Below are positions 59,680 to 64,000 of a stretch of DNA of 64,000 nt, one piece after another. The translations under genes were made by a program, and so were the position numbers. The stretch covers positions 15,019,480 through 15,083,479 of the forward strand of contig CM121342.1 in assembly GCA_051530055.1 (NCBI GenBank), written 5' to 3'. The notes beneath the pieces are model-generated. The model did no database searches. It saw only the letters and a program-made list of their open reading frames with translations, and had not been told where the DNA came from. Position 1 is the first letter of the stretch. Each line of letters starts with the position of its first letter. The stretch comes from Neoechinorhynchus agilis. Taxonomy: Eukaryota > Animalia > Acanthocephala.

Positions 59680-60910
59680 AATTCAACATGATGGCCGACC
59701 GTCAAGGACTCTCTTGGTCTACGCCAACCCTGATCCCTTCCCGAATTTGACCTTTTCTAAATTAAACCGGGTTCTAGACTCCATCAATTAGAACCTCCGC
59801 CCCCTTAAAATTCGGTTTCCGGCCCAAATTTTCTGCAATCGGTGCCCTACTTTGCATTTATGACACGCTCCTCAATAATCCCTCTCACGTCACCCTTCTC
59901 ATTCAATTTTCAGTGGACCATCCACTCCGTCTCCGGGTCTGCCCCGATTTATGTCCAAAAATTGTGGCAGATCCGCTTGCTCGAATCTTATCTTCACAAT
60001 CGCAAACACTCTGCCGATATACATCCTCAATCAGCCTATCCATCATCATAGGGGTACCTCAAGGTGCTGTGCTGTCACCACTTCTTTCCAATATTTTCGT
60101 ATACGATATCAAACATCTCTGCTCTCGCTCTAAACTCTTCTTATACGCCGACGATATCACTCTGATCACATACTCACCACCCACCTCTCCCTTTCCTTAA
60201 CCTCTAAAGAAATCACACACATAAAAGATTTCTGCACCAATCACAAACTCTATCTGAATTTCTCCAAATGATTCGAAATTATCACCTCTCTCCCGCAACC
60301 CCACATCATCCCTTGCGCTTCTAAATGACATCCCATTATCAATCTCCCTAAGAATTCTGGGTATCCAATTTCAATCAAACCTGAAATGGGACTCGCACGT
60401 CGCTCTCTCCCTCAAGCTCAACACCTTTAAAATTCATCTCTCCTCTAATGCCTCCGATCTATCACAATTTTACTTCAGCTTTATTTTACCTTCCCACACG
60501 TACGGTTATCCCATCTGTTTTTTATCTATCCAAATCTCAAATCCGTCGTTTTGAAATGTTTCATAAAAGAGCATCTAAAATTTGCTCAGCTGATTTTTTC
60601 CTTTCACCGAATGCCTTGATACTATTTTCATAAAACAAACAAAACGCCTCTAAATTCCACCACAGCACTTTTTTACCATATTTTATTTTCCGTTTCACAC
60701 CAGCAGAACACTCGTAAGCCTAATTCGTTTCATGCTCCCTTGACCTCGCACCTCCTTGTACCTACGCTCCTTTTTCCATGCAGCCCAATATGCCTGAGGA
60801 AAGAAAAATCTCACAAGCTCCCCTGCAAACCATAATCACTAATCCCCAACAGGACCGGATATTCCCACCCGAACGGACTTCCCCCGGCCTCACCAAATCC
60901 GCATTCCATG
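59680..60910 (+). mobile_element. Degenerate L2/CR1-type LINE (RT and 3' end)
   Basis: GVPQGAVLSPLL, LFLYADDIT, LGIQFQSNLKWDSH; 3' UTR motif shared with 8500-8580. Confidence 0.85.
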
Positions 60911-61689
60911 GATTCAATCCAAAATTGTTTATCGGTCAAATAACGATTACCCTATCTTCATCAAAAACAATGCCACAAAGAGGACCCAAAGGTACATTGG
61001 TCCAATTATTGTTATCAAACAAACAAAATAAACGTGTCATTAAAAATGGTTACGATTTTGGCGACTTGGATACCGATGGCATTGTGATACTTTGTCGTAA
61101 GTCAGAACGATTATATAATCAATAAGAGGAACATTTAGTGAGTAGTCAGTTTCTTGATAAAGTCTCTTCATTGATTGGTGATTTATTCATTGATAGCCGA
61201 TAATAGTTACTTTTTTCTTATGCTTTGATTATTCTACAAGCAAAAATTAAGACAACAGGCGGTCAATCCGATCCATCTCAAAGCATCACGACCACCCAGA
61301 TTATTCAAAATGGAACAACAATAACCAGAGACATGAGTCCACCTACAATATTATTAAAGTAATAGACATGGCGTTTTGCTTTGACAATTTAATATCCAGA
61401 ACTTATAAAAAATTTCAAGGCGGGCGGGAAGAGGACTAGAAGGTCTGAGACAAAAGGGCTGGTGTGTTATTAGCTTATTGTCCAGTGAGTTCAAAAAATA
61501 GAAACACTGCTGTTAATATCTTAGCTCAGAGAGATAAGCAGGACGTGTGATCGACTTATGTATTTGTTTCTCGAATGGAAGAACATCTTTTTAAAGATGA
61601 AATAATGAGAATCAGAAACAACATTGAAAGAGTTATCCAATTTATAACAGAGGCTGTGAGAATAGATTAGGATTAACCGCTACACCAGA

Positions 61690-61800
61690 AGAGAGCTGTA
61701 TTAGTGATAATCTAACGTCTTATGGCAAGATTGCATTATTTGAAGGAATTTAATCTGATAGGTTCACAAAAAAATTGCCCGTGTAGACAATGTCTCCTAT
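61690..61800 (+). mobile_element. Possible decayed EnSpm/CMC-type transposase fragment
   Basis: SDNLTSYGKIA.../LKEFNLIGSQKNCPCRQCL resembles the DNL...E.F....CRxC motif; short and frameshifted. Confidence 0.3.
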
Positions 61801-61859
61801 GATTTTGTGCACATGTCTCTAAAGTTCAATTTCGAAGACAGCGCTTATTTCGACTTATT

Positions 61860-63200
61860 TGGATGATAAAATCCATTGTAAATCTAGAGAGGCTCAAATC
61901 GTTAGAACAAGAGAGTATATTTCTCAAGCGTTGCCTTAGAACAAACATGATACCAAACTTTATTGTCAAGAATGTTCGCTTACCGAATGGGCAAACCGAT
62001 TTCGTCAGCTGAGTTTTGGACTCGTGCCTCGAATCCCTGTATCCGGGCCAAAGGGTTCGATTCCACGATCGGCAATGACGACCAACCAAAGGGGACGAAA
62101 TACCTCGTTGAAGGGAAGAGGAAACTCATTGATGAGTCCCGCCTCCTGGAGGTATCTGAGGATCCGGAGAGATGTACGAACTCTTAACGTTTCATTAGAG
62201 TTTAAGTGGTCATATCACTGCCCTGATGTAAAACAAAATTTCTCCGACCGCGGAAAGTGCCAATTCGCATAAGAAATAAATTTTACAAGCTTATCGGCTC
62301 AGAGTACAAGATCGCTATCTCGTCCGTTGTTACGCCTTCGAGCCAAGAGAAAACAACCCACTTACCGGAAGATTGCGTAGTTGCGGAGGACTATGAATTG
62401 CTATTCAAAGGACCACCATCGTTCCCACCGGCGAGAGGTTTAACGAAAGATGGCAGGTTGAAACTTCAAGTAGATGGGAGTATCAAATGTGCACTAGAAC
62501 GCAAAGGGAGGACAAGGTTATAGGGCAAGATTACAATCTAGATCGAGAGAGAGACCGCGACGAGGAAGAGAGATCGACTTATTTGTGGAGACAGAGATGT
62601 CGTTTGAGTTTCGAGAAGGTGGCAGTGGCCCTACAAAGAGGAGATGATGATAACCCAGAAAGGCGATGATTATAAATGCTCCTGGAAGTGATAAGTATTC
62701 GTCATGCAACACGAAGCATCGTACCGAATTTCCCACTTTGTGAATGTAGATCGAAGAATCGATTTAAAATTGGTAGTATAGGGTGATGGTTAGTGATTTC
62801 AATGGAATGATGGGGACATTATTAGGAAATAGGACCACTTATAAGTTGTCAGAGAAGGATGATAGAGAGGAACGCTGTAAGGAAATGAATTTCGTCTTTC
62901 CCAAAATGTGATTGCTAGACGCCAATTAAGAGGGCTAAGTGCCTACATCCGAAGACCATTGCGTACACCAGTTATGTATCCAATGATTAAAACGGATAAG
63001 ATGCTCACGGGCTTTATACACAAACGTCGACGGGGTTTTGAGATAATGGATATCATATGGTTCATACGCTTAATCCTCAACTGCAATCTTTTCAGATATA
63101 GGAACAGGCTCTATCGGCAAGTTGGAGGGATGACAACGGGGGACAGCAGAATTGCTCCTGTGTTGGCGATTTTACTCTTGGACGATCTGGAGAGGTAACA
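61860..63200 (+). mobile_element. Degenerate Penelope-like element interrupted by a SINE
   Basis: ESIFLKRCLRTNMIPNFI (N-terminus); LILNCNLFRYRNRLYRQVGGMTTGDSRIAPVLAILLLDDLE (RT). Confidence 0.75.
62010..62180 (+). mobile_element. tRNA-derived SINE with hammerhead-like body (copy B)
   Basis: B box GGGTTCGATTCC; body GGGAC-GAAA-TACCTC...CTCA-TTGATGA-GTCCC...GAGGTATC-TGAG. Confidence 0.8.
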
Positions 63201-63529
63201 CATTTTTCGACATATTACTGAAAAAACGGGTCAATTTTGAACAAGGATTCACCTGTTTGGATACTTTTAATAGATGTCTTTAACTGTTCTAGTATGTTGG
63301 GTGCTTGTTTAGTAGCAAGATGACTATTAGAGACAAAGACTTTCGTTCTTTTTTGTGGAAAACTATATAGGACTTGTTCACCGTCAAATAATATCATTCT
63401 TTGCCTTTCTTCAAACCATGCTCTCTGATGCCGGCATGCTTATACTAACTCCATGTTTTTTTAAGCGTCAAACCACAATGTTCAAACGTACATGCACTGC
63501 ACACTATCGATCGCACTATGCGTATCGCT

Positions 63530-64000
63530 GACGTCCTACCGCATCTCCTTCCCCTTTGGCAACGGAGTTCATCTGGCAACTCCGTTCGCAGCTGTTCAGG
63601 ACTCTAATTGAGAGCATTCTCTACTACAATGCAGAGACCTGGACACTGTCACCAACGGCGACGAGGCAGTTGGACCAAAATCATTCATCTCTCTTACGTG
63701 CGGCGTTCAAGGTCAGATGGTAAGATAAAGTGACCAACAAAGCACTGTATAAGAGAGCCGGAGTCCAACCGCCCAGTGAATATTTGCGCCGCAGACGACT
63801 GCAGTTCAGGGGCAATATAATTCGGTCCGAGGCATCTTGCCCACAGGTCGTGCAACAGTTCCTTTTCTGGGAGCCAACGACATTGTATCGTAAAGGCAAA
63901 GGGAACTGTCGTACATGCGATGACCTGATTTTAAGAGACGCGAATTGCCCGCATAACAGGACTGCTGTCGTATGTTTTAGATCCACTGCGGAGTCTAATT
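63530..64000 (+). mobile_element. RTE-clade LINE 3' region
   Basis: ESILYYNAETWTLS...SLLRAAFKVRW...VTNKALY...LRRRRLQFRGNIIR. Confidence 0.8.

Overview
Eukaryotic, almost certainly animal, genomic DNA (Sec61-alpha is metazoan-like). It is AT-rich, has short introns of roughly 35-60 nt and is densely packed with decayed retroelements: L2/CR1-type, RTE and CRE-type (RLE) LINEs, a gag+APE+RT LINE family, Ty3/gypsy, Penelope-like elements, tRNA-derived SINEs and MITEs. Host genes: a chromodomain protein running off the left edge, an intronless secreted LRR protein, Sec61-alpha, a FAM13-like mini-protein, ERLEC1/OS-9, a catalytically dead dual-specificity phosphatase, VPS41, DGCR6 and a microbial-type NADP-dependent alcohol dehydrogenase. 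Main observation: five conserved genes (Sec61a, ERLEC1, VPS41 twice, DGCR6, ADH) are interrupted six times by segments of 46-419 nt without GT-AG ends. These segments have terminal inverted repeats, are flanked by TA...TA (once TA...CA), and their precise removal restores the reading frame. The three ~46-49 nt elements share a CATTGT arm and occur in both orientations. This suggests a family of non-canonical transposon-derived introns (introners) or IES-like DNA-excised elements alongside ordinary GT-AG introns. Secondary observations: several hammerhead-ribozyme motifs, including a tRNA-derived SINE whose three hammerhead strands are in a non-canonical order, and two related LINEs abutting head-to-tail. 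All annotation was done by eye; no alignments or folding were computed, and transposon boundaries are approximate.
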